Virus record (IMG/VR): IMGVR_UViG_3300014656_000018
Coordinates: 34,119 to 98,118 of that record
Strand: one strand, 5' to 3'
DNA length: 64,000 nt
Source of the DNA: a virus
The notes beneath the pieces were generated by a model, which was given only the letters and a program-made list of their open reading frames with translations, did no database searches and was not told where the DNA came from. Shown one piece after another: positions 40,901 through 48,444 of the stretch (positions are counted from its first letter, which is position 1; every line of letters starts with the position of its first letter). Made by a program: the position numbers and the translations under genes.

Positions 40901-41270
40901 AGGCAGAGCTATTGGTACCACCAGCGTGTATAGATCTTCGAAGATCTGTTGCTGCAGTAACAGCATTGCTTAATGCTTTCGTACTGTTGACTAAATATGG
41001 TTTATTGGCCATATCAGTGAGATGGTCAATTAGGTGGCTAGTAGAGGTGTCAAACAGATCTATTTGCTGGAGAAGAGTTCTTACTAGCAGACGACTATAT
41101 GTAAAGACAATATCCGGCTTTTGGAGAAATAGCCAAGCTACAAGCTCATGCATCTCCTCCAATGATAAGAGCCTATCCTGTGAGCCAAAAGGTGTTTCAG
41201 CTAGGGTCGGACCTGTCGGTCCAAATGCAGCTACAGCAAGATCAAGCTCATCATCGGAGTAGTTACTCAT
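37986..41270 (-). CDS. Large structural protein (helical termini, beta-rich modular core)
   Basis: 1094 aa; repeated L.+.VDG/ING and IRS...G..S.I modules. Confidence 0.65.
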   Translation of the reverse strand: MSNYSDDELDLAVAAFGPTGPTLAETPFGSQDRLLSLEEMHELVAWLFLQKPDIVFTYSRLLVRTLLQQIDLFDTSTSHLIDHLTDMANKPYLVNSTKALSNAVTAATDLRRSIHAGGTNSSALTRLTDHINSYIGNELSRSVKLGDAIRTPRDEASEKVKETLLDVLSIYPTILSLALHIEELETIWSDVPINSIAGKGPIGRIITRLEGIKKNPNSRPRAVTLELLASIARMESAVDPVDPFDNRMPEILGTASGVASGTGTPAKIVGTTSAPHTIVGGGNLLVLEINEAAPITFNLPLSQYGTIRTKEFSANIDLVEDTVAELYTNAASPWDFIMFAPGGNITVVGDIVNDPAGNFLVAQPGEVIAITPALVLTGRIETIIDANNVLIESGHSLPAGPSPYVICRDNRLSLSVDGVPHTVQFTLGLNPLTPADVVADIATYVPVVDVAVVFATVRIRSRSGRRPGETSIIIGSYPEAASLLFTVYPISVYGTEGNNHLVLNVNGNLLRKDTGLGTVCTPLYLGAAGPVSMNDISIALNTHADNALFQTYATATAEPSGALALSTKLEGPSAYITAISSIMEPQYYQDFALACSLTTAGNVSVFFCPFIDMYDYMDGYYIRFMAPGTNNPMRISRITGLFNANVYPGEGADRVPDGIYTAFRIYPDLISTCITNTSATTLSIPSDLLVSGADVSNKDLKVYLDSIAGFSGAEVISEVVDRETRYDIVMDDAGVLLSGDPFTGVVTPGDTVQLSGPTGGTFHVVTIDTPAAGDIVLAPAFRDDQKPPTGNTYTLTGRFYFDPLVIRSTDNTVTSAIEVDPGSANVELGFSLGETRGSVSGWSDPALDFVRARVTSPDVLTVPSTGSGLVPFSFTATVKEVSSAHELILTTEIQNNSYGDYRITSLGLEEYKRLCESSSSPVPSWISGTLTGDDGFEANLDKLTNAIAGALSYKDQDRRAAISIATRLRSVWAALQAILSTPTYSAPILEEALEILDTLSDWGLQRGYRLLTEARFSDFFSMTASNVTDAGDVARDLAVLQNTDFSLPSNPAIVDLLSISSSSPSPDADADYTSEIEPLQKASGYEVPDAEETY

Positions 41271-41890
41271 TAAACCAGGCCAAGAGCTTTACGGTTAATT
41301 CCTGGTAGGAAGTGAGGGCCAGTTACCCTACTGCCTCTAGGCATAGAGACAAATGGCTTACCTTCCCTATTGACTATCTTTTTCCCCCCAGGCCTTGCAA
41401 ACTGTGCCCTCAAGTTTATAGGACTAAGTCTAGATTCTACACTGACTCCAGGGATAATAGCCCCCTTGGTTCTCTCAACTGTTGTAGGAGCTTTTCCTAT
41501 AGCTCCCGGAGCCTTCTCTATCAAGCTAGGAGCTTTCTTTCCAAATCTCTTTATGAAATCCAGAATACCGCCTGTTTTTATTGTCCCTATAGAGGGGGCT
41601 GTAGCGGGGGTCAACAGATTAGGACGGGGGGTGATACCCAACCTGTTAAGAGTTTTAGGGGGAGCGCCTGCACGAATGGATCCTGCTAAACCTTTTCTGG
41701 CAAGGCGCTGCTGAGCCTTACCGGCAGCGGACTCTGTTGCTTTTTGCAAACCAGACTTACTAACCTCCTCAACCCATTTGGTTGTGGTATTGACAGCTGA
41801 TGGGCTGATCAACCTTTTGGCTAACATAGGATTAAATGCGGCTATTTTACCCATCTCATCAATATAGGCATCAAACATAAAGTTATCCAT
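41270..41890 (-). CDS. Basic low-complexity protein with D-E-M-x-K-I-A leader (putative internal virion protein)
   Basis: Start MDNFMFDAYIDEMGKIAA (GAGGTG RBS); K/R/G/P-rich body. Confidence 0.65.
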   Translation of the reverse strand: MDNFMFDAYIDEMGKIAAFNPMLAKRLISPSAVNTTTKWVEEVSKSGLQKATESAAGKAQQRLARKGLAGSIRAGAPPKTLNRLGITPRPNLLTPATAPSIGTIKTGGILDFIKRFGKKAPSLIEKAPGAIGKAPTTVERTKGAIIPGVSVESRLSPINLRAQFARPGGKKIVNREGKPFVSMPRGSRVTGPHFLPGINRKALGLV

Positions 41891-41900
41891 AACCATCACC

Positions 41901-42254
41901 TCAAGGAAGATTCCTACCAATCATGTTTATCTCGGAAGCCGTCAAATTCATCACCCAGCTTCTTATTCTAGCTGGGGATAGATTGAACTCCTCACAGAAT
42001 CCCTCAAAGGACATGCTGGATTCCTCACACTCCGAAGGGCAACTCTCGTGACAATCTAGACCAAACAACCATCCAGCTGCATCATCCGCCAATCTTCTGG
42101 ATTTGGAATCCGTCCTTCCTCTGTATAAGACATAGTCACAGACAGCCCTCCACCACACCCTTAGCCAGAGCCTACGATGTGGCTCCAGCTCACTCTCCGG
42201 ATATGGTCCGGGTCCAACAGCATGGAAGCCATACCATTGAACATCAGGTGACAT
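41901..42254 (-). CDS. Conserved phage hypothetical protein
   Basis: RRLW..V...A..D...A..WLF...SF...C...L.P..IR pattern. Confidence 0.65.
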   Translation of the reverse strand: MSPDVQWYGFHAVGPGPYPESELEPHRRLWLRVWWRAVCDYVLYRGRTDSKSRRLADDAAGWLFGLDCHESCPSECEESSMSFEGFCEEFNLSPARIRSWVMNLTASEINMIGRNLP

Positions 42255-43188
42255 TTACCACCAATGCCGGTAAGGAGGATAGAGATGGCTGGTATACTAC
42301 CTCCTGCTCATCAGATCCAAAAGATCTGACAGGGGTGAGTGTACATGAGCCAGTACCCACTGCCATTACTGTCAAGGTAGCGTCTGTATCATCCGTTCCT
42401 GAAACAGTACCTGTAGCTATGGCACTATCACTGGAGGAGATTGTCAAGGGCGCCTCTCCAGTATAGTGGGTAACACCGCTGGAGAAAGTAATCGTAAGGG
42501 AGATGGTCTCTATACTTCCAACAGTCGTAGCCAAAGGACTTACCGGGCTGTAAACAACGTTGGCTACAACAGGATAAAGTACATGAACCAGATTGGCCGA
42601 TGAAGCATCCGGTATTACACAGAGGCCTACATAATCCTCCTGAGTAGATATAATGACATCATACTCAGCATTCCTATATAGATCCACTACAGCGTAGCCA
42701 TCGGAGTCTGTTTGTACATCTCTCTTGTACAGGACAGCCATAGCTGCATTTCCTGACCCAACAATCTGAGGAGTGGGAGGATCCATACGACTGATAAAGA
42801 TTATATGCAGCCCCTCCAGGGGTTGGCCCGCAACATCTACAAAATAACCGGAGCAGCGACACATATTGACATCAGTTGCCACAGGAAGGGTGTGTGTCTC
42901 TCCGGACATGTCAAACGTGTTGCTGGGGTTAGCAGGAGATGTAACCAGTATGGAGCAAGGATTGGTGAAAGATACTCCGGTCTTATAGAATCTGAGCTTA
43001 TATGTAGTTCCCACTACAACACCATCCAGAAGAAACTCTACCTCCCCGGGAGTTCCTCCTGCTCCGGTAACTCCGGAGGTTTGTAGAACCACACCTGTGG
43101 CATCATATACCTGGACAGTTACATCATCGATCGGCTGAGGTATTACCCGCTGATCGGAAACTACAACAGTAACAACCTCAATGGCCAT
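42244..43188 (-). CDS. Ig/prealbumin-fold virion protein
   Basis: V.V.VYD..G......T...G.+.F.L; YFVDVAGQPL; C-terminal Big-like SSSD..IAT. Confidence 0.65.
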   Translation of the reverse strand: MAIEVVTVVVSDQRVIPQPIDDVTVQVYDATGVVLQTSGVTGAGGTPGEVEFLLDGVVVGTTYKLRFYKTGVSFTNPCSILVTSPANPSNTFDMSGETHTLPVATDVNMCRCSGYFVDVAGQPLEGLHIIFISRMDPPTPQIVGSGNAAMAVLYKRDVQTDSDGYAVVDLYRNAEYDVIISTQEDYVGLCVIPDASSANLVHVLYPVVANVVYSPVSPLATTVGSIETISLTITFSSGVTHYTGEAPLTISSSDSAIATGTVSGTDDTDATLTVMAVGTGSCTLTPVRSFGSDEQEVVYQPSLSSLPALVVNVT

Positions 43189-43471
43189 TTTCTTTTTTCC
43201 GTCCGGCTGGGTTTATTCCTTCATGTATCAATGTAGTATTTAATTTATAAGAAAAACCAGAGGGGGGAGCTAATTTTACCCTCAAATTACCTACAGAAAA
43301 ACTTTCGTCAGGAAGAAGATCGAAAGATTTATTCTGAACCCTCTCTAGATTTTTATATTTGTACACATCCAGTTGGGCAGCACCCCTACCTCTTCTAATT
43401 ATCTGTTTACGTATGCCCTTAATTGGTCTTACAACCTGTAACACATAAGCATGTAAAGAAATATTTATCAT
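43178..43471 (-). CDS. Small basic hypothetical protein
   Basis: AT-richer ORF filling the gap between two paralogous genes. Confidence 0.5.
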   Translation of the reverse strand: MINISLHAYVLQVVRPIKGIRKQIIRRGRGAAQLDVYKYKNLERVQNKSFDLLPDESFSVGNLRVKLAPPSGFSYKLNTTLIHEGINPAGRKKENGH

Positions 43472-43483
43472 CAGCTAACCCTA

Positions 43484-44518
43484 TCAAGGCCTTGGTGAAA
43501 GTACCAAGGTATTGTCCTGAACTATGGTAAATAAATCCTGCTCTGATCCCATGAGGGTCAGGAGATTTGCTGTGCTGGAATCTGGAATCGTTATATCTCT
43601 CACTATTCCAGTCCCCTCTATAGACACTGTTACTTCTGCTTCCCGTACCAGCACCATGGAAATCAAACCAGTATTGTCTGTTGTAAAGGTTGAGTTGTCC
43701 CCAAGTACACCTTTACTGGATCTGATAGATGGGGAAAATTTATTCCGTACAAATACCTTCAATCCCCTTAAAGGCTGGCCAGCAAGATCAACAAAATAGG
43801 TAGTAACAGTGCAGAGATCCGTACCATCTAGTGGAGTCCCAGGACTCCACTCCGGCTCAAAGGATGCTCCCTCAAATACAACTATATTAGGATCGGCTGC
43901 AGCAGTAGATAGATCAGGATCTACTACTGAGTGGTCTTTGTTATTCTGATCAAACAAACGATAGGAGTTGGAAGCGTCGCGAATGCTGAATGTATAATCA
44001 CCTACCCCTAAATTGAAGTAGACTCTACCTTGACCATTGGTGTAATCAGTCTGCAGCCTCTGGCCAGTATCCGCATCGGAGACAAGCACCTGGATGTCTT
44101 TGAGGGCAGCTACTATCTCAGATGGTGTCTCAAAACCATAAACTACAGGAACAGTCTCTATGACATCTACTCGAACAGAATAGACTCCGGTACCTGGTAC
44201 AGGCACAGCTGGGGGATCCGATACTGTGATAGTCTGAGTCCTGGTGGTGACAGGATCCCCAAGCTCCTCTACTACGTACCACTTGTCATAGTAGGTTCCT
44301 GCTGTATCTATCTCACTGCACAGGACACGATATATTCCAGTGCTGACGTGTATTACTGATATTCCGGAAATAGTCTCAACAACGGCTAAAGCAGCATTCA
44401 AGATCTCTACCTGATAAACGCTCTCCAGATCTTCCAGAGCGCAGGTCAAAGGATCCCGTATCTCAATATCCAGAATTACCTGATCACCAGTTACAGCATT
44501 GGCCCTGAATACAGCCAT
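43484..44518 (-). CDS. Ig/prealbumin-fold virion protein, paralogue of 42244-43188
   Basis: Shares C...YFVD.AGQPL.GL and TD..G.....L.R.AE..V.I...G....IPD.S.ANL. Confidence 0.7.
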   Translation of the reverse strand: MAVFRANAVTGDQVILDIEIRDPLTCALEDLESVYQVEILNAALAVVETISGISVIHVSTGIYRVLCSEIDTAGTYYDKWYVVEELGDPVTTRTQTITVSDPPAVPVPGTGVYSVRVDVIETVPVVYGFETPSEIVAALKDIQVLVSDADTGQRLQTDYTNGQGRVYFNLGVGDYTFSIRDASNSYRLFDQNNKDHSVVDPDLSTAAADPNIVVFEGASFEPEWSPGTPLDGTDLCTVTTYFVDLAGQPLRGLKVFVRNKFSPSIRSSKGVLGDNSTFTTDNTGLISMVLVREAEVTVSIEGTGIVRDITIPDSSTANLLTLMGSEQDLFTIVQDNTLVLSPRP

Positions 44519-45183
44519 TACATGCTCTCCCGAAGGCGCTTCTGAAATTTCTTCTCCACGTTCCGTCCTCTTTGATATTGAATGAGAGCACCTCCCCCAC
44601 CCATTGCACCACCGGCTGCCAAGGACAGCAAACCATTCTTGTAACCATCAGCCACTATTGGTATGGCATTCTTAGCCCACGCTGGATGCATAACCTCCGG
44701 AACAGTGGTCTTGAATGCTCCCTTCAGTGGGGCTGCAGCATCGTCAATCATGAACTGGATAGCTTTGATCTCCTGCCCACTCAGCTTCTTGGCCTCTTTT
44801 GAAGCTGCTGCATCAATTAAAGCATTCAAAGCCCTCTTTCCATTTACCAGCTGCTGTATTGGCTTCTTTGCTCCAGCCAGAAATCCCCTGGCTATGCTAC
44901 TGACCAGCTGGCCTCTGGTTGCTCCAGTAGCGGCTCCGGCTACACCACTTACCAGAGTAGGAAGAACTACCGCTCCACCAAGAATACCGCCAAGAACACC
45001 CAGGCCTGCCTTAGCTCCGTGAGTAGCTGGAGAGACCTTGGCCCTCTCTGCTTCCTGACCATACTCTGCGGTCCACAGGCCAACAGGATCTGCTCCGGCC
45101 AGAAAATCTTGGGGATAAGAAGATACCTTGGATATCTTTTCCATCTCAACACAATAGGCTTCCCAAGAGATTCCATTAAGCAT
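44518..45183 (-). CDS. Glycine-zipper membrane-like protein with E-M-E-K-I-S leader
   Basis: MLNGISWEAYCVEMEKISK; GVLGGILGGAVV and AAGGAMGGGGA segments. Confidence 0.7.
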   Translation of the reverse strand: MLNGISWEAYCVEMEKISKVSSYPQDFLAGADPVGLWTAEYGQEAERAKVSPATHGAKAGLGVLGGILGGAVVLPTLVSGVAGAATGATRGQLVSSIARGFLAGAKKPIQQLVNGKRALNALIDAAASKEAKKLSGQEIKAIQFMIDDAAAPLKGAFKTTVPEVMHPAWAKNAIPIVADGYKNGLLSLAAGGAMGGGGALIQYQRGRNVEKKFQKRLRESM

Positions 45184-45192
45184 AAGTTACCT

Positions 45193-45420
45193 CTACGAAA
45201 GAAAATCCTCTATCTTCTCCGCCACAATTACCCTCATACCCAGGTCGGCTCTAGACTTCAGCTTTCCAGCACCCCTACCTTTCTGTACCAGGCGGAGGAA
45301 AGCTACTTGCTTATCTATTCTATCCAACTCTCTCCGGGTAAGCTCCTCAAACTTCTGAGCAAGAGCATCTATCCTGGTATTTCTTTCCTGAACCTTTCTG
45401 GATATAGCCGTAGTGCTCAT
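45193..45420 (-). CDS. Small coiled-coil hypothetical protein
   Basis: ATGA overlap with the sigma gene stop. Confidence 0.6.
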   Translation of the reverse strand: MSTTAISRKVQERNTRIDALAQKFEELTRRELDRIDKQVAFLRLVQKGRGAGKLKSRADLGMRVIVAEKIEDFLS

Positions 45421-46250
45421 CTCATGTACCTCTCAACTTTATCCGAAATCTTCTTCCGGATACGTGAGATCTTGGAGGGGCTCATATGAAGCTTGGAAGA
45501 TATCTGTCCCGGAGACAGAGCAGGTGCTCCACTGAGGCCGAAGGTATGTCTGTATACCTGCAGCTCCTCCGGAGTTAACTCATACTGAATGAGCTTCATT
45601 ACCTCCTCCGCACGGGATGGCTCAAGCTTATTGGGATCCTCCTCAAAAGCAGAAGTACCTATATCTTTCCGGATCTCGGAAGACATCCTGGCTATCTCTG
45701 CAGGCTTCCAGCTGAGATGCTTAGACAGCTCATCGATGGTGGGAGGTCTACCGAGCTGCTCATCCAGATAGGACTGAGCTGTTTCAAACTCCCGGATCTT
45801 ATATATCCTGTTCTCGGGAATTCTGGCTATGTTCTGATAGTTGGCAATGAAACGCTTCGTTTTATCCAGATACTTATAGACATAAGTACCAAGAGAGCCT
45901 TTGCTGGGGTCATAGTGATCAAGGGCCGCCAAAAGCTGCCTCTTATACTCCATGTCTATAGCAGCTGGAGGAATACGCACCAGCCCCTTATACATCGCCG
46001 CTTTCTTCTGAAGCATCCTCTCAAATGACTTCAGAAGGGGTCTCATATCTTCCGGCTTCTTACCTCCCTGCTTCCATATTAACCAAAGCTCCTTCTCCTT
46101 CTTCTGCTGCACTGCAAGAGGGGTATCCTCATCCTCCTCTGTCCGGACATAGCCGGAAACAGGCTTTCCTTTTCTCAGATGGGGGCGTACACGCTCCTGC
46201 CTGGTGGCAGCCGTCTTGTACTGAAGTAGCCTGTTAACAGCTCTACTCAT
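45417..46250 (-). CDS. Sigma-70 family RNA polymerase sigma factor
   Basis: Region 2 ALDHYDPSKGSLGTY, RIP, region 3 LGRPPTIDELSKHL, region 4 LTPEE..V....FGL...ISSKLHMSPSKISRIR; start ATG 46250. Confidence 0.9.
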   Translation of the reverse strand: MSRAVNRLLQYKTAATRQERVRPHLRKGKPVSGYVRTEEDEDTPLAVQQKKEKELWLIWKQGGKKPEDMRPLLKSFERMLQKKAAMYKGLVRIPPAAIDMEYKRQLLAALDHYDPSKGSLGTYVYKYLDKTKRFIANYQNIARIPENRIYKIREFETAQSYLDEQLGRPPTIDELSKHLSWKPAEIARMSSEIRKDIGTSAFEEDPNKLEPSRAEEVMKLIQYELTPEELQVYRHTFGLSGAPALSPGQISSKLHMSPSKISRIRKKISDKVERYMR

Positions 46251-48444
46251 GACCAACCGGTGCCAGCTTGCTAAAATCAACTGGTTTGGGGACCTTCTCC
46301 GGATTAAACATTCCCTGAAACTTTCCCACACCCTGATCCCTATGAAGCTTACCTATAATCTTTTGTTTCAGTCCTCCAATATCAGTTACGGCCAGCTGCT
46401 TAACCTGCGGAGAAAACTTATCCGTCTTCTTGGTCAGCCCAGAAGTCTTCTCCTTATCAGAGGTGTCTTCCAATTTTCCGGCCTCCAGAAAGCTTTTACC
46501 TATCTTATCCGCTAATGTTTTTCTTTGCCCAGCATCCAACTTGAAAACCTTTTTATTGTTGGCTGCAGCAGCTCCTTTCTCCACAACCATTCCATGCTCC
46601 GTAGAGGTACTATCATACGATCTTTGAGCTGTATGGGGCTCAAGGTTGGGTTGAGTTTCCGGTATGTCTGCTCTTGCCTTATAAAGCAGGGCCATCCTCT
46701 CAATTTTCTTACGCCGCTTTTTACTACTCTTGTTCGTGGGAAGCTGATCCCCCAAGGCTTCCTGATAGTCTTTCTCATTTAGCCCAAACTCTTTTGCTTC
46801 AACATTTGCCCTCTTACGCTTGTCTGTATTTTTCCTTTTAAGGAGGATATTCAATATAGCCATTCCTATACCTGCCTGCTTACCTTTCTCCAGATGCCAA
46901 TCCGAGAATGATGGAGCACGCAGTGCACCCTTTCCTCGCATCTTCTCCAGGGATAGAACCTTGGCAACCCTACCTTTATATCTATCCGGATATGCCTTCA
47001 TATCTCTGAGAAGCTCATGGCTGAAGCCTGTTCCAACCCGACCGATAGCCGGAGAGTCCGGATGCCATGAGTAGGTAAACCCACCAGCCCTATCCAACTC
47101 TTTACCATCTTTACCGTAGGCAGGAAATACATCCTGAACATATACGTCAAAGTCCGGACGATGCTTGGCCTTGGTAGGAAATGGCTTATCCTTGTCCCAG
47201 ACAATCACACCCTCCTTCGTCTGGGGATTCCTTCCCTCCTTGATGGCATCAAAAAGCTTTCTCTTCTCTATAGGATTCTCTGCGGTATCTGGAAGGTGAA
47301 ATACTTTCTCCCGGCCTGCTATCTCTCTCAAGATACGAAGCTTCTCTGTGTAACCTAGCTGCTCTGCAGGCTTGCCCTTGTGTTTCACAACGTCGAACAG
47401 AGCTGTGGTCAGGTGACCTTTCTCCTCCTGCAGCTCTCTGGATTTCCACACCCCGGCATTCAACATTCCCCCTATATCTTGAGCCGGAATAGCCTGACCC
47501 TTACGATCTACAGCATAGACCTCACCACGAAGAATCGTATCTCCGGTTTCCTTGGAGGCCCTGTGTCCTATAATTCCCGGTACCTTGTGTGTGTACTCTA
47601 TGATTCCGGTATCTCTCTCGGTGGGACGATAGGAGAAGATGCGTGTCTGCTTACCAGGCTTCAGGGATAGTAAAACATGTGCTCCATCTACCTTGGCCTG
47701 TACAATCTCATTGTCCCTATTAAAATCTACCTTCTCTGGCTTCATCTCCTTATATGGAGGCTTACTTGATGGGAGATCGGGCCTTCTCTCCCTGGTAGCA
47801 GTTACATTCTGAAGAAGCCATTTCGTAGGACCACCAGTTCTTCGGAGAATGTACTCAGAGGAATCCTTACCTCTGTAGATATTGAATTTGATAAGATCCG
47901 GATCAGAGTAGGTTATCTCTGTCCTTCCCCGTTCCTGCAATTTTACGGTCCCCTTACCATACCCCTCTGCAAGTACACCCTTATAATCCATGTATGGGAT
48001 AGTATGATCACCCTGTCTGATAGCTAGAAGATGTTCACCGGGAGCAGGCAATATAGCTTTTGGAATTGCCCAGGAGTGGGCTACACCTGTTCTAGGATCC
48101 CCCAACCTCAGATCTAGATGTCTTCCAGCCTTTACTGCAGTATGATCCTGTACAGCCAGCTCCCATATTCTTCCAGAGCCCTCCTCTATCTTGGGTAGGG
48201 AGGTTATATTACCTTTGACCGGAAGTCCGGGAGCAAACTCTTTGCTCTTGTTCTCCGACTGCCTTCTATAGCTGGAGACGAACTTACCCTCTCTGAAGTG
48301 GCCCTTCACCCACTCCACCCCAGCTACCTTGGACATCTCTGCCCTGGCCAGGACTCCGCCCAGCTTGCTCTCCATGTGGGTGTAGCAAAGATGATTGATC
48401 AGAGAGCTATCTCTGCTGAAAAAGTTGTCCAGAGGATTGGTCAT
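46243..48444 (-). CDS. LigD-type 3'-phosphoesterase fused to ATP-dependent DNA ligase
   Basis: PE domain VQDH.A...H.DLRL, SWAIPK, LAI...DH...Y..Y.G....GYG.G.V; ligase motifs KVDG, RGEV, FDV, EGVI, KAK; OB-fold VGTGFS, LRAPSF. Confidence 0.9.
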   Translation of the reverse strand: MTNPLDNFFSRDSSLINHLCYTHMESKLGGVLARAEMSKVAGVEWVKGHFREGKFVSSYRRQSENKSKEFAPGLPVKGNITSLPKIEEGSGRIWELAVQDHTAVKAGRHLDLRLGDPRTGVAHSWAIPKAILPAPGEHLLAIRQGDHTIPYMDYKGVLAEGYGKGTVKLQERGRTEITYSDPDLIKFNIYRGKDSSEYILRRTGGPTKWLLQNVTATRERRPDLPSSKPPYKEMKPEKVDFNRDNEIVQAKVDGAHVLLSLKPGKQTRIFSYRPTERDTGIIEYTHKVPGIIGHRASKETGDTILRGEVYAVDRKGQAIPAQDIGGMLNAGVWKSRELQEEKGHLTTALFDVVKHKGKPAEQLGYTEKLRILREIAGREKVFHLPDTAENPIEKRKLFDAIKEGRNPQTKEGVIVWDKDKPFPTKAKHRPDFDVYVQDVFPAYGKDGKELDRAGGFTYSWHPDSPAIGRVGTGFSHELLRDMKAYPDRYKGRVAKVLSLEKMRGKGALRAPSFSDWHLEKGKQAGIGMAILNILLKRKNTDKRKRANVEAKEFGLNEKDYQEALGDQLPTNKSSKKRRKKIERMALLYKARADIPETQPNLEPHTAQRSYDSTSTEHGMVVEKGAAAANNKKVFKLDAGQRKTLADKIGKSFLEAGKLEDTSDKEKTSGLTKKTDKFSPQVKQLAVTDIGGLKQKIIGKLHRDQGVGKFQGMFNPEKVPKPVDFSKLAPVGHE

